Source: Desulfatiglandales bacterium
Lineage (GTDB): Bacteria > Desulfobacterota > DSM-4660 > Desulfatiglandales > Desulfatiglandaceae
Length of the DNA: 64,000 nucleotides
NCBI GenBank assembly: GCA_963662465.1
Contig: OY759599.1
Span: 416,001 to 480,000, forward strand
Reading direction: 5' to 3'
Shown here: piece by piece, positions 51,663 through 61,981 of the stretch
Layout: each line of letters begins with the position of its first letter
Numbering within the stretch: position 1 is the first letter of the stretch
Position numbers and translations under genes: made by a program
Notes under the pieces: model-generated
Told to the model about the DNA's origin: nothing
Database searches by the model: none
Seen by the model: the letters and a program-made list of their open reading frames with translations, nothing else

Positions 51663-52979
51663 TCAGCTTCCCATGTCCAGATGACCGCTGTTGATGCTGA
51701 GGCTCCGTCCCGGGCCCATGGGCGAGAAATGGCTGATGGGCGGCAAGCCGTATTTCTTCCAGGTTTCATACCAGGCGATATCCACTTCTATATAATAGTC
51801 CAGCGGGATGGGGGGCTGGTCGTAACGGCCCAATACGGAATTGGGCTCGATGACCCAGCTTGAACTGCGGGGGGTTACGCCGCGGCTCATAAGGAATTCC
51901 CAGCACTCCTTCATTGATTTTACGCCGTCTTCCCATTTTTCGAACCCCCAGGGTTTTGAGAGTTCGCAGCCGGTGACGAGCGTCGGAACCACATTGCCTT
52001 CCCCGAATACGTCCACCGAGTCGCAAACCCGCTTGATCCATTCATCCCGGCCGATTTTGGCATCCTTGCCCGGGCAGAATTTTTGAAACAGGTTTTTATC
52101 CCATACTTCAATATTGGCGTGATGACAATTCACGCCCGCATCTTTTAAAACTTGGCATTCCGGTTTTGTCAAGGCTGTTGTCTGTTGATGAATTCCCCAT
52201 CGATGCCCAATCTTTTCTCGGACCGCGCGGATATAAGAGGCATAGAACTCGACGTTTTTCGCATCTTTTAACTGCAAGCTCTCTCGATAGATGGATCCTC
52301 CGGTAAACAGGATGTTGTGATTGATCTCTTCCCGTTCCTTGTTGAAAATGGTGTCGAGGACCGTCACCACGTCTTCGATGCTTTTGTGCACCATAAAGGG
52401 CCTTCCGGTTTTGGACTGTTTCCGGGCATTCGTATTGATGTCGCAGAAAACGCATTCTTCCTTTTCACCCCAGTATTGGCAGCTTCTGAGAATGGTGCAG
52501 AAGGTGAGATATCCCCAGAAAACGGATGCCGCCACATCCGAATACGGCGTTCCGTCCGGAAGCTTGTGCCGGTAGTAGGGGGGTTTGGGACGCAAAATGA
52601 CGTCCGCCAGATAATTGTCTTCCCATAAAAGTTGCAGCTTCTCATCGACAACATCAATTTTATAGGGTGTTTTCTCCGGTTGTTCAAGGCAACTTTTGTT
52701 GTTTGAAATTCTCAGGTTATAGGGACCCCCTTCGAATTTAAAGCATTCGGGGGCTTTCATGTACTCCTGTTTCTGCATATCATCCACATCCATGGCATCA
52801 TAGGAAAATAGATAATAGCTCTTGGTGGCGAATTTGGAGGATTCCTCAAGGGCCTTGGGCGTAAAGGATACCCCCAGGCGAAGAATATCTTCCTTGATGA
52901 TCACCTCTTTGTTGACGTCGCTGTATTTTTCAAAATAGCTGCCGAGATCGTACTTTTCGTAGGGCATCTTTCCGGGCAT
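51663..52979 (-). CDS. Radical SAM protein with non-canonical Cys spacing
   Basis: CQYWGEKEECVFC (CX8CX2C), FTGG motif, NIEVWD...CPGK. Confidence 0.8.
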   Translation of the reverse strand: MPGKMPYEKYDLGSYFEKYSDVNKEVIIKEDILRLGVSFTPKALEESSKFATKSYYLFSYDAMDVDDMQKQEYMKAPECFKFEGGPYNLRISNNKSCLEQPEKTPYKIDVVDEKLQLLWEDNYLADVILRPKPPYYRHKLPDGTPYSDVAASVFWGYLTFCTILRSCQYWGEKEECVFCDINTNARKQSKTGRPFMVHKSIEDVVTVLDTIFNKEREEINHNILFTGGSIYRESLQLKDAKNVEFYASYIRAVREKIGHRWGIHQQTTALTKPECQVLKDAGVNCHHANIEVWDKNLFQKFCPGKDAKIGRDEWIKRVCDSVDVFGEGNVVPTLVTGCELSKPWGFEKWEDGVKSMKECWEFLMSRGVTPRSSSWVIEPNSVLGRYDQPPIPLDYYIEVDIAWYETWKKYGLPPISHFSPMGPGRSLSINSGHLDMGS

Positions 52980-53066
52980 AATCTGACTCCTTCATAAAAA
53001 TGGTTTCTTAAAATTTTTCTTTTAGATATGAAACGAACATTCGATGGCATTTTGGATTTCTTTATA

Positions 53067-53082
53067 TTCAAGAGTCATGCCA
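53067..53082 (-). promoter_or_regulatory. Sigma-54-like promoter of the radical SAM operon
   Basis: Minus strand TGGCATGACTCTTGAA (-12 element variant). Confidence 0.55.
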
Positions 53083-53180
53083 TCCGAACCAAAATCCATC
53101 CAAACGGTCAACCTGCTGTTTTCAAAGTTATTTCCTGAATAGGAATCTATTTGAAAGGATATGTTTGATTCAAAGCGCCG

Positions 53181-53193
53181 TGACAGTATGTCA
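53181..53193. promoter_or_regulatory. Candidate enhancer-binding-protein site
   Basis: Palindrome TGACA-GTA-TGTCA about 100 bp upstream of the sigma-54-like promoter. Confidence 0.4.
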
Positions 53194-53431
53194 TTTTGTC
53201 ATGGCATTTTTCGGAGATTTTCTGGAAGGTGAGATAAATTTGGCCTTGATCATTTTTCCCGGCATATAACTTGCTTTTTGAGTTTTGGTGAAGTTCAATG
53301 GAAGAGAGGTCAAACCCTATTCGCGCTGTTTTATGATAAACGCTCATGACAAGGGGATTTGCCACCTCCGCGGATGAAAATGACATCTGCCGCTTTTAAG
53401 CTAACAGCTAACAGCTAATGGCTGTATTTTC

Positions 53432-55681
53432 ATGATAAAGGAACGCAAAATGGAAAAAATGATCCCAACCCCTCCCAAGGATATTATGATCTCCCTGGAA
53501 GGGATGCCCGGTCCCGCGCTGGGCTGCATTATGGTGGATAGCCGCATGAAAATGCTGTGGAACAGGGCTTTTACAGCGAACTGGCCGGAATTTCGACCGG
53601 GAATAGTGTACTGCCATGAAATTTTCGGCAGGAAAACCCCATGTGATAATTGTGCCGCCGCCAGTGCTTTTTCCACCGGTCGGCCGGCCAGTTGTGAGCA
53701 GGAATTCATATACGAGGATGGCAAGAAAATCTATTTTCAGATTGTGGCATCTCCCATAACAGGAGAAAATGGGAAGATCAATCACTGCATTGAAATTTTG
53801 CAGGATATTACTTCCCGAAAAAAGATTGAGGAAAAATATAAAAAAATAAGCGATTTTAACTACAGCATCATTTACAATGCCCCCGTAGGCATTTTTACCC
53901 TCAACAAAAAAGGGATTATTATCAGCACCAACCCGGCCCATGTAAAAATCGCGGGGAATCCCGCGGTTGACAGGCTCATGGGGTTTGACTGGCTCCATTG
54001 TCCGGCGGTTCAGCAATCGGGTCTTGATGTTTATCTGAAAAAAGGACTCGCGGGGCAAAGCTTCGAAGTCATTGATTTTCCATTTCGGGCGGATATTACC
54101 GGAAAGGAACTCTGCATGAATTTGAAAGGGGTCCCTTTAAAAAATAAGAGCAATGAAATAGAAGGGCTTTTGTGCATCCTCGACGAAACCACTGAGAAAG
54201 CCATATATTTAAGAGAGATAGAGCATCTTAAGCAGTACAATGAAAATATTATACAGTCCATCAAAAACGGCATCATGGTGGTTGACAAAAATCTTCGCGT
54301 TCTCACATGGAACAAAGGCATGGAGGCCATCTTCAAACTTCCGTCGTCCCAGGTGCTGAATCTGCCCCTGAAAAAATGTTTGGCGAAAATGAATTTGACG
54401 AGAGCCGGGGAAGACGTGCAAAAACTTCTTGAGACGGGCAAATCGCGGCATGTGGAAAAAATCAGTCTTTTCCAGGAACAAAGAGGTATTATTTCAATCA
54501 GCTACCGGATTATGCCCCTTTATGACCATGAGCGGTCCCAGTCGGGGGTGATCCTGGTTTTCGAGGACATTACCCAACGGGAAGAATACGAGATCAAATA
54601 CCAGGCGTTGTTCGATGGCGCCATAGACGCCATTGCCGTTACGGATCTTGGGGGCGCTTTTATCTCCGTCAACCCCAAAACACTGGCGTTGCTGGGTACG
54701 GAATGGAAAGATCTGATGGAAAAAAATATTTTTCACGTCATTTGTCGTGAGGACATGGAAATCCTCAAGCAATGTATGGAAAAGCTTCGCGAAACGGTTT
54801 CCGAGCAGCCCTATCAGGTTCGTTTGAAAAGCAGGGAAGGGGAGATTATTCCCGTAGAAACCACCGTGTCCATTGTATATACAGGGGATCAGGCGGTGGC
54901 TTTGCAATTCATTATGCGGGATATCCGACAGCGCGTGAAACTGGAAGCCCAGCTTCAGCAGGCAAGCAAGCTCTCCGGACTGGGGGAGCTGGCCGCGGGC
55001 GTGGCCCATGAGATCAATAATCCCTTGGCAACTATTGCGGGATGTTCGGAAGAGGTTCTGGACCTTTTGTCTGAATGCGAAAAAGGGGGCTTTCCGGAAG
55101 GGGAAGATCGGGAAGAACTGGGTGATCTCTTGCGGATCATAAAAGAGCAATCCTATCGCTGCAAGGAAATCACGCGCAGTCTCCTGGATTTCGCCCGCGT
55201 CAATGAGCCGACTTTGGTGGACGTCAACATTAACGAAATGATCCTGCATGTACTTTCCATTTCAGGCTATGGCAGGGAAGAAACGAGAAAAAGACTGACC
55301 CTGGTATTTGATTCCGCGCTGCCAATCATCAAAACGGATTATTTCCAGATTCAGCAGGTTTTTCTCAACATTCTGAAAAACGCCTTGGACGCCACGGAAG
55401 AAAGAGGACAGGTTTCGGTCCGGACCCAGGGGGGGCGAAATCTTGTATCCATCATTGTCACGGATACGGGCGTCGGCATGACCCCTGATGAACAGTCGAG
55501 AATGTTTGACCCGTTTTTTACAACCAAAGCCCCTGACCGGGGGACCGGACTGGGGTTGTCCATCTGCTTTCGAATTGTCGAACAATTAGGCGGGCAAATA
55601 GAAGTGAAGAGTCGCAAGAGCTTCGGCACTACCTTTAAAACGAATTTCCCCAACAATCCGGGGGATCGGGCAGTGTTTTGA
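53432..55681 (+). CDS. Cytoplasmic multi-PAS sensor histidine kinase
   Basis: Repeated PAS-like segments (first with CHE...PCDNC), AHEINNP, NILKNA, GTGLGL; no TM segment. Confidence 0.92.
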   Translation: MIKERKMEKMIPTPPKDIMISLEGMPGPALGCIMVDSRMKMLWNRAFTANWPEFRPGIVYCHEIFGRKTPCDNCAAASAFSTGRPASCEQEFIYEDGKKIYFQIVASPITGENGKINHCIEILQDITSRKKIEEKYKKISDFNYSIIYNAPVGIFTLNKKGIIISTNPAHVKIAGNPAVDRLMGFDWLHCPAVQQSGLDVYLKKGLAGQSFEVIDFPFRADITGKELCMNLKGVPLKNKSNEIEGLLCILDETTEKAIYLREIEHLKQYNENIIQSIKNGIMVVDKNLRVLTWNKGMEAIFKLPSSQVLNLPLKKCLAKMNLTRAGEDVQKLLETGKSRHVEKISLFQEQRGIISISYRIMPLYDHERSQSGVILVFEDITQREEYEIKYQALFDGAIDAIAVTDLGGAFISVNPKTLALLGTEWKDLMEKNIFHVICREDMEILKQCMEKLRETVSEQPYQVRLKSREGEIIPVETTVSIVYTGDQAVALQFIMRDIRQRVKLEAQLQQASKLSGLGELAAGVAHEINNPLATIAGCSEEVLDLLSECEKGGFPEGEDREELGDLLRIIKEQSYRCKEITRSLLDFARVNEPTLVDVNINEMILHVLSISGYGREETRKRLTLVFDSALPIIKTDYFQIQQVFLNILKNALDATEERGQVSVRTQGGRNLVSIIVTDTGVGMTPDEQSRMFDPFFTTKAPDRGTGLGLSICFRIVEQLGGQIEVKSRKSFGTTFKTNFPNNPGDRAVF

Positions 55682-57078
55682 AAGAAATAAAAAAACCGAA
55701 TGATGGAACGCTGAAGATGGAAAAAATGAAAAGCAACAGTGTGGAAAAAAAAGTGCTGATTGTCGATGATGAATCTCCCCTGCGGGAGCTTTACACCCGA
55801 CGTTTGAGACGTAAGGGGTATGCGGTTAAGGGGGTTCCCAGTGCTGAGACAGGTTTGAGCGTGCTGGAATCGGAAATATTCCATGTGGCATTGGTGGATA
55901 TCAAGATGCCCGGCATGAACGGCATCGAATTTCTCGAATTGGTACAGAAACGCTACCCCATGCTGGTGGTGATCATGATGACCGCCTATGGCAGCATTGA
56001 ATCAGCCGTCAGCGCCATGAAGCTTGGCGCATATGACTATCTGACGAAACCGTGCAGCCTTCCGGAGCTGGAACTGATCGTTGAAAAAGGGATCGAGAAA
56101 AGCAGGCTCCAGAATGAAAACCTGCTCCTGAAACAGGAGCTGAGATCCAAAGACCCCTATGATCGGTTGGTTTTTGCATCCGCTTCAATGGAAAAGATCA
56201 TGAATGATGTCGCCAAAGTCGCCCCCACCAACAGCCCCGTGGTGATCGAGGGGGAAAGCGGCACCGGCAAGGAACTGGTGGCCAACAGCATCCATAAACA
56301 GAGTCATTGCCGGGAGGGGTCCTTCATTGCCATCAACTGCGCCAATTTGCAGGAACATCTTTTGGAAAACGATCTTTTCGGTCATGAAAAGGGGGCTTAT
56401 ACCGGTGCGGAAAATCAAAAAAGAGGCCTGGTGGAGCTTGCGGACCAGGGAACGCTTTTTATTGATGAAATCGGAGAGATGCCCAAACCCGCTCAGTCCA
56501 AGCTGTTGCGGGTTCTGGAAAACGGGACATTCCGCCGTATCGGCGGGAACAATGAAATCAAGGCAAAGGTCAGAATCATTGCCGCCACCAATCGAAATTT
56601 GGAGGAAGAAGTCGCCAAACGAAATTTCAGAGATGATCTCTATTTTCGTCTGAATGTGGTCCGGCTGACCCTTCCGCCGCTGCGCGTGCGCGGAAATGAT
56701 ATCCTTTTGCTGGCGGATTTTTTTCTGGAAAAGAAAAACAATCTGTTGAACCGGTCCAAAAAATTCGGCCCCGGCGTGAGAGATTTGTTCAAGGGATACG
56801 GCTGGCCCGGAAATGTGAGGGAGCTGGCCAATATTGTGGAACGGGCCGTGATCCTTTCTTCGGGAGACTTTATAATGCCTGCCGATATTCCCATTAATAA
56901 GGGGAACCATGATAAATTTCAGGCACTTCCCTTAAGGCAGGTGGAGCAGGATTACATCGAAAAGGTGTTACGGAAGACAAACGGCAACAAAACGCAGGCA
57001 GCGGAAATGCTCGGCATCAGCCTGCGGAATCTGTACCGTAAACTGGACCTTTATAAGGCGTCTATTGACGTTTGCTAA
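55678..57078 (+). CDS. NtrC-family sigma-54-dependent response regulator
   Basis: Receiver, GESGTGKE, GAYTGA, FIDEIG, WPGNVREL, Fis-type HTH. Confidence 0.95.
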   Translation: MKEIKKPNDGTLKMEKMKSNSVEKKVLIVDDESPLRELYTRRLRRKGYAVKGVPSAETGLSVLESEIFHVALVDIKMPGMNGIEFLELVQKRYPMLVVIMMTAYGSIESAVSAMKLGAYDYLTKPCSLPELELIVEKGIEKSRLQNENLLLKQELRSKDPYDRLVFASASMEKIMNDVAKVAPTNSPVVIEGESGTGKELVANSIHKQSHCREGSFIAINCANLQEHLLENDLFGHEKGAYTGAENQKRGLVELADQGTLFIDEIGEMPKPAQSKLLRVLENGTFRRIGGNNEIKAKVRIIAATNRNLEEEVAKRNFRDDLYFRLNVVRLTLPPLRVRGNDILLLADFFLEKKNNLLNRSKKFGPGVRDLFKGYGWPGNVRELANIVERAVILSSGDFIMPADIPINKGNHDKFQALPLRQVEQDYIEKVLRKTNGNKTQAAEMLGISLRNLYRKLDLYKASIDVC

Positions 57079-57589
57079 TGGTTGCCACGGCTGCCGCCAC
57101 GAGCAAGGCGCCCACCAAGTTGAGAAAGGAGAAAATCAGGGAAAAGCGCCAACCAAAATAACCGATCATCAGGGGAAGAAGCACCGGTTTGACGGCACGG
57201 CTGGATAAAAAATTGGCCAGGTGAAAGTTCGATGCGCCCTTTTCCCGAATGGCCGCCAAAAACGGCATCCATGCCACCACCGGCCCCATGGAAAGGATCC
57301 CGGCAACCGACGAAAAAAAGATCCCCTTAACGCCGGCCCGGCTGCCAAGATAGCGCGTCACCCGGGAAGGCGAAATGGTCCAATTCAGGACGACCATCAT
57401 TACAAAGGCCAGGAAAAGCGGCAGGATCATCTGTTTGAAAACATGCCCGCTCTCCATTATGGCGTGGATGGTTTGATCCGGCGCCACCGAATAAATCACC
57501 ACGTAAACCCCCATCATGCCAATGGGAAAAAGCCATGGCCATGTTTTCCTCTTGGTCTTTGATTTTGCACCATGCCCGGTTGTTTTCAT
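57062..57589 (-). CDS. Predicted permease-family membrane protein
   Basis: Multi-TM; AGILSMGP...EKGA motif. Confidence 0.7.
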   Translation of the reverse strand: MKTTGHGAKSKTKRKTWPWLFPIGMMGVYVVIYSVAPDQTIHAIMESGHVFKQMILPLFLAFVMMVVLNWTISPSRVTRYLGSRAGVKGIFFSSVAGILSMGPVVAWMPFLAAIREKGASNFHLANFLSSRAVKPVLLPLMIGYFGWRFSLIFSFLNLVGALLVAAAVATISKRQ

Positions 57590-58383
57590 AACAGGCTGCC
57601 TCCAGTCAAGACCACAGTCAGAATCGAGACAACAATGGTCATGAAAAAAGCGGCGATGGCCCGGGTAACCGCAAACTGCGTTCCAAGGGCTGATATTTCA
57701 GCGGGAAGTTGCAGCAACCCCACGTTTACCCAAGACAGCATCAAGGCCGCCGCACCAAATAAACTAACCCCCATCTTGAGCAAGGTATCACCGATCACAT
57801 AGCTGTTTACCGGATTTCCTGACAGGAGGCTCCCGATACATGCACCCAAAAAGGTATCCTGAATCATATTTCCTGAAAAAACCGACAAAAGCATGTCCTG
57901 GGATACGAATCCACGGAAAAGCCCCACCAACAAAATAACACCGACCAACACCGGGATAATGCTGAAAAACTGCCTGCCTGCCTTCCGGAAAGCCTCTCGC
58001 AACTGCGTCCGGGCATGCGAGGCCATGGGCACGTCGGATTGTTGAGGGGTCCCATTTATTTGCTGAAACGCACCTTGCCTGTAATTTTCAGCGGCAGCCA
58101 TTGCACTACCGCTAACCGAAGTGATCACTTCCATTCCGATTTTTTCTAGTGTCAAGGCAATATGGGGCGATAAAAATCCGGTTAAAATGGCCTTCACACC
58201 CATGTCCACGGCAATGGAAATCGTTTCGATACCCGCCCCAGGCCCGGCGGATGGCGGCGGTCCGGCTACAGCCTCAAAGGACATATCGTCCACGTCAACG
58301 ATCAGTAAATAGGGCGTTGTGCCAAGCCTGTTTGAAACGCCGGCGCCAAGATTCGGCCCAGTGGTGGTAATCGCGATTTTCAT
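57586..58383 (-). CDS. NifB/NifX-like domain fused to a permease domain
   Basis: MKIAI...RLG...GAGI N-terminal domain; hydrophobic C-terminus with SGNPVNSY...LPAE...LG. Confidence 0.75.
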   Translation of the reverse strand: MKIAITTTGPNLGAGVSNRLGTTPYLLIVDVDDMSFEAVAGPPPSAGPGAGIETISIAVDMGVKAILTGFLSPHIALTLEKIGMEVITSVSGSAMAAAENYRQGAFQQINGTPQQSDVPMASHARTQLREAFRKAGRQFFSIIPVLVGVILLVGLFRGFVSQDMLLSVFSGNMIQDTFLGACIGSLLSGNPVNSYVIGDTLLKMGVSLFGAAALMLSWVNVGLLQLPAEISALGTQFAVTRAIAAFFMTIVVSILTVVLTGGSLL

Positions 58384-58442
58384 TCTTGATCCATAGCCTG
58401 CATGATTTTGCTTCTACCTAAGTATTTCTGTTTTTGTTAAAT

Positions 58443-59999
58443 TCAATATCCGTTCTCACAATAAGTATTTTCCCCAGGTTTAATAAGCGTCGTCTCATCC
58501 AGTTGTGTGGTCGGCGTAGCGTATTTCGGCGAATTCAACGGAGAATAATTGTTTATGGGCGGGTCGAAGGTGTAATCAGAAACCTGACCCATCAACTGCG
58601 TAATGCCGGACTTCTTGACCCGCAGCACCATGAGATCGGTGGCCCAGACGATATCCTTGCCAAGGACAGGATAGTCACTCCGGGGGAAGTGGTTTTTTAC
58701 ACTCTGGAGGGCGCACTCCACGGTATCATCGGCAACGGGGAAATGGGCCAGGACAGACAGCTTGGGCTTTGGATCAATTTGGCTCAACAGGTAACCGAAT
58801 GATCCCTGCGGCGTATGGGAACTTTCTTCTACATCTGAACACATCGCTACGGCATTGTCAAAAGCCGGGTTTGTTCCCGGCGGCGGGGGGTATGACAGAC
58901 CGAGGTTTTTCATGGTCAAAAGCTCCGGTGGCAGAATCATCTCATGGATGAATACGTCGACCCCGCGCGGAATTCCGGTGTTTGGATCCGGGTTCTTCGC
59001 TTGAGCGATGCAATTGGTTTCAGGCCTTGTGTCACTGGTGTAAATCATGGTCAGGCCGTTCCACTCAAGTTTGTACCCTATGGAACCCTGGCGGCAGTGT
59101 ATGACCGGGAAGTGCGTGATTTTAACGCCGGTTGTGGGATTATCATAGGCAACGCCCCCTACTTTTCGCCAGGGTAATTCGATGGGCACCAGGGCGAAAC
59201 CGTCGTTAGCCGCGTCGGTCCCGACGGGAACGGGATCATGAGGCAGCCCCCAGTCGGTTTTGGAGGGCGCCGGGTAGTTGGCCCAGCCTGTCTGAAGAAA
59301 GCTGAAGCTTTCGGTGTGCCAGCGCATTGCCTCCCGGAAATGCTCACAAAACGCCATTACGCCGTCGTCATAGAATTCTGGCGGCGCCATTGGGTTGGGG
59401 ACTTCCGAGGGACTGTGGGAGAAAACATACAACGGAAACTTGCGGTCAATCGAAGGCCCGAAGCAGTAAAGTGAAGGTAAATCGCCCATGTGGTCGCCAT
59501 GAAGGTGCGAAATGAAGACCTTGTTCATTCGGCTCGGACTGATGCCCAGTGCATTGTAGTTGGTGATGGAGCCGGGGCCGATGTCGAAAACGAATGAGTC
59601 TGTGGCATGCCCAAACCCGCCGCCCTCGTTTTCAACCCACGGACCGATTTCCACGAAAATACTCATCATCTCCTGTGCCCTGCGGGTGGGTGGGAAAGCG
59701 GACCCTAGGAATGTAATCCGCATTTCATCATCATCCAGATCCGTTTGCATTTCGGGTGTATATATGGCGCCGCTGGAAATCAAGTCAGCGGCGTAACCGT
59801 AGGCTGCCGTTGGAATGTCGTTCGGGTATCCACAAGCGTTATCGGGGCATACCATTCCTGCTTTTGCGGGCGTGTCTCCACTGCAGCCGACAACAAATCG
59901 TCCAAGTGCCAGGCCGCCCAAACCCATTCCCGTTGTCTTTAACCATTGACGCCGCGTAATCCCCCTCCAACCCGTTGTTTTGATAAGCTGCTGTAGCAT
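58443..59999 (-). CDS. Tat-exported MBL-fold metallo-hydrolase (RNase Z-like fold), probable lipoprotein
   Basis: TRRQWLK twin-arginine signal and VVGC; ITFLGS, FDIG.G, HLHGDH, SDT, IHE, SHT. Confidence 0.85.
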   Translation of the reverse strand: MLQQLIKTTGWRGITRRQWLKTTGMGLGGLALGRFVVGCSGDTPAKAGMVCPDNACGYPNDIPTAAYGYAADLISSGAIYTPEMQTDLDDDEMRITFLGSAFPPTRRAQEMMSIFVEIGPWVENEGGGFGHATDSFVFDIGPGSITNYNALGISPSRMNKVFISHLHGDHMGDLPSLYCFGPSIDRKFPLYVFSHSPSEVPNPMAPPEFYDDGVMAFCEHFREAMRWHTESFSFLQTGWANYPAPSKTDWGLPHDPVPVGTDAANDGFALVPIELPWRKVGGVAYDNPTTGVKITHFPVIHCRQGSIGYKLEWNGLTMIYTSDTRPETNCIAQAKNPDPNTGIPRGVDVFIHEMILPPELLTMKNLGLSYPPPPGTNPAFDNAVAMCSDVEESSHTPQGSFGYLLSQIDPKPKLSVLAHFPVADDTVECALQSVKNHFPRSDYPVLGKDIVWATDLMVLRVKKSGITQLMGQVSDYTFDPPINNYSPLNSPKYATPTTQLDETTLIKPGENTYCENGY

Positions 60000-60128
60000 G
60001 TTCGTCTCCTCTTATAAAGGGCAATTGTTGCCCACCAATACGGAGCCTGCCGATATGCATTCAGGCATATAGCAATAATTGATACAAGATTTTTAAACAC
60101 TTTCGAATTCCAGACTTCCTCCATTCGA

Positions 60129-60569
60129 CTATTCATTCGGGAGCCGGCAATGGGCGCCAACCTCTTTGCATATCCGCAGGATGCCATTTACTACATAATC
60201 GCTATCCTGCCTGGTATTCTTCCCCGAAGAGACCACCAGAATCTGGGCCACATTGTCCTGAACGCGCATCACCTTGAGGGTAATGGCTAGGCCGTTGTGT
60301 TTGAAAGAGAGGGTCCTGGACGCCTCATCTTTTGAGATGATCTGATTTTCGGACTTCTCGCGGATGATCCTTTCCGTTGCCGTGAAAACCTTGTTCGCAT
60401 CGGCCTCCAAAAGCACCGAAGCCGTCTCGTGCCCATGGAACTGATCGGTAATGTGAGAGATCAGGCCCAGTGCCTTTTTGGCTAAAAAGACCGCCTGACC
60501 CGGCGCTACCGACGGAAAAGCCAACAAAATGACCAACCCTGCCAGAAATCCCCTTGTCTTCATGAACAT
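60129..60569 (-). CDS. Exported hypothetical protein
   Basis: RBS AAGGAGG before ATG at 60569; signal peptide. Confidence 0.65.
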   Translation of the reverse strand: MFMKTRGFLAGLVILLAFPSVAPGQAVFLAKKALGLISHITDQFHGHETASVLLEADANKVFTATERIIREKSENQIISKDEASRTLSFKHNGLAITLKVMRVQDNVAQILVVSSGKNTRQDSDYVVNGILRICKEVGAHCRLPNE

Positions 60570-60809
60570 ATCTGTTCCCTCCTTATCTGATGATATCGCC
60601 AATCTCCGTCTATGCTGATTGCTGAACGGCGCCATGCTTCCCGGAAAGCAAAAGCCAAAATGCGCCTCATCATAATGAGTTGAGACGGCCATTTCAAGGG
60701 CTATCTGCCATTGCGATTGGTGGAAAACCTCATGTTCAGCCAGGATATTTTGATAAAGGTTAAGAATGTCGGCGGGCTAAAATCCCGGTGATATTTCTTG
60801 TTGAGGCGC

Positions 60810-61937
60810 TTACTTCGAACGAATTTCCCTGCCGTTTTTATATTCAGGATAGCGGTATCCCCCTTTCATAAAATCGACCAGTGGCGCCGCCAGTTCGCCA
60901 TATGAGTTGGGGCGTCGGTCCTTCAGGTAATTGTATGACGGTTCCGGATGGGTGGCGCCGTAGTATGCGGGGACGCAATCGGCGATCAACAGAGTGTCCT
61001 GCTCGTGGTTTGCAGCCACGATAATATCTCCGTGGGGGCCGCATACAATGCTGTTTCCCCGGTAATGCCACTGGTCCTTTCCCCTATGTTCATACCCGGC
61101 ACGGTTGGCATAGGCAAAGAAAATGTTGTTGGCATAGGCGTAGGCGGGGATCAGGAATTTTGAAATATCCGGGTAGGGTACGTCGCTTCGCTTGCCGTTG
61201 GTCATGGTATAGTAGTTGTCGGCGGCGGTGGGCCCCACGATCAGTTTGGCTCCTTTCAAGGCCAGTATTCGGGATAGTTCCGGGAATTCACATTCATAGC
61301 AGTTCAGCACGCCCACGGGAAACCCAAAAAGCCGGTGGACCTTGTAGTCACCAGTGCCAAAGGACCAGTTGTCCCGTTCTTGTTGTCCATAGAGATGGGT
61401 TTTCCGGTAGCTGTCCAGAAGCACCCCTTTTTCACTGATGATGGCGATGCTGTCATAGCAGCGGATGGCGCCGTCGGGCTGATCCACTTTTTCCGCGTAG
61501 GGAAGCAGAAGCGCCATCTGGTATTTTGCGGCAATGGCGCAACCCTTTGTAATGCTGGGGCCGTCTTTTCTTTCTGCGACCTTTTTTGCCATCTCCGGGC
61601 TCAGGGTATATCCGGGCACATAAAGTTCAGGAAAGGCGAGAAGTTGCACCTGAAATTTTTTGGCCTGAGCGACGGCGCTCTCAAGCCGGGCCATATTCTT
61701 GAGGCCGGCTCCTTCTCCACAGGCGCCCTGGGCCTGGTAGATGCCCAGGCGGATACCCCGGCCTGTTGCGGGAATGTTTTCGTAGATGGATATTTTATAC
61801 TGAAGCATCCGGTAACTTTGCATTACCGCTTCCCCATATTGGGGTGTTCCGTCACAGGTGGGATTGAGGGCTTCTCCGGAAAAGGCCGGGGTCATGTAAA
61901 ATGCCATAAACAGCATAAAAAGAATCATTCTGACCAT
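60810..61937 (-). CDS. Carbon-nitrogen hydrolase (nitrilase superfamily) with signal peptide
   Basis: Catalytic triad FPEL / YRKTHL / NCYECEFPE. Confidence 0.88.
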   Translation of the reverse strand: MVRMILFMLFMAFYMTPAFSGEALNPTCDGTPQYGEAVMQSYRMLQYKISIYENIPATGRGIRLGIYQAQGACGEGAGLKNMARLESAVAQAKKFQVQLLAFPELYVPGYTLSPEMAKKVAERKDGPSITKGCAIAAKYQMALLLPYAEKVDQPDGAIRCYDSIAIISEKGVLLDSYRKTHLYGQQERDNWSFGTGDYKVHRLFGFPVGVLNCYECEFPELSRILALKGAKLIVGPTAADNYYTMTNGKRSDVPYPDISKFLIPAYAYANNIFFAYANRAGYEHRGKDQWHYRGNSIVCGPHGDIIVAANHEQDTLLIADCVPAYYGATHPEPSYNYLKDRRPNSYGELAAPLVDFMKGGYRYPEYKNGREIRSK

Positions 61938-61981
61938 GATGGGTTCCCTCCGTTTTCAATGAAATGTCATATATCGGTTGA

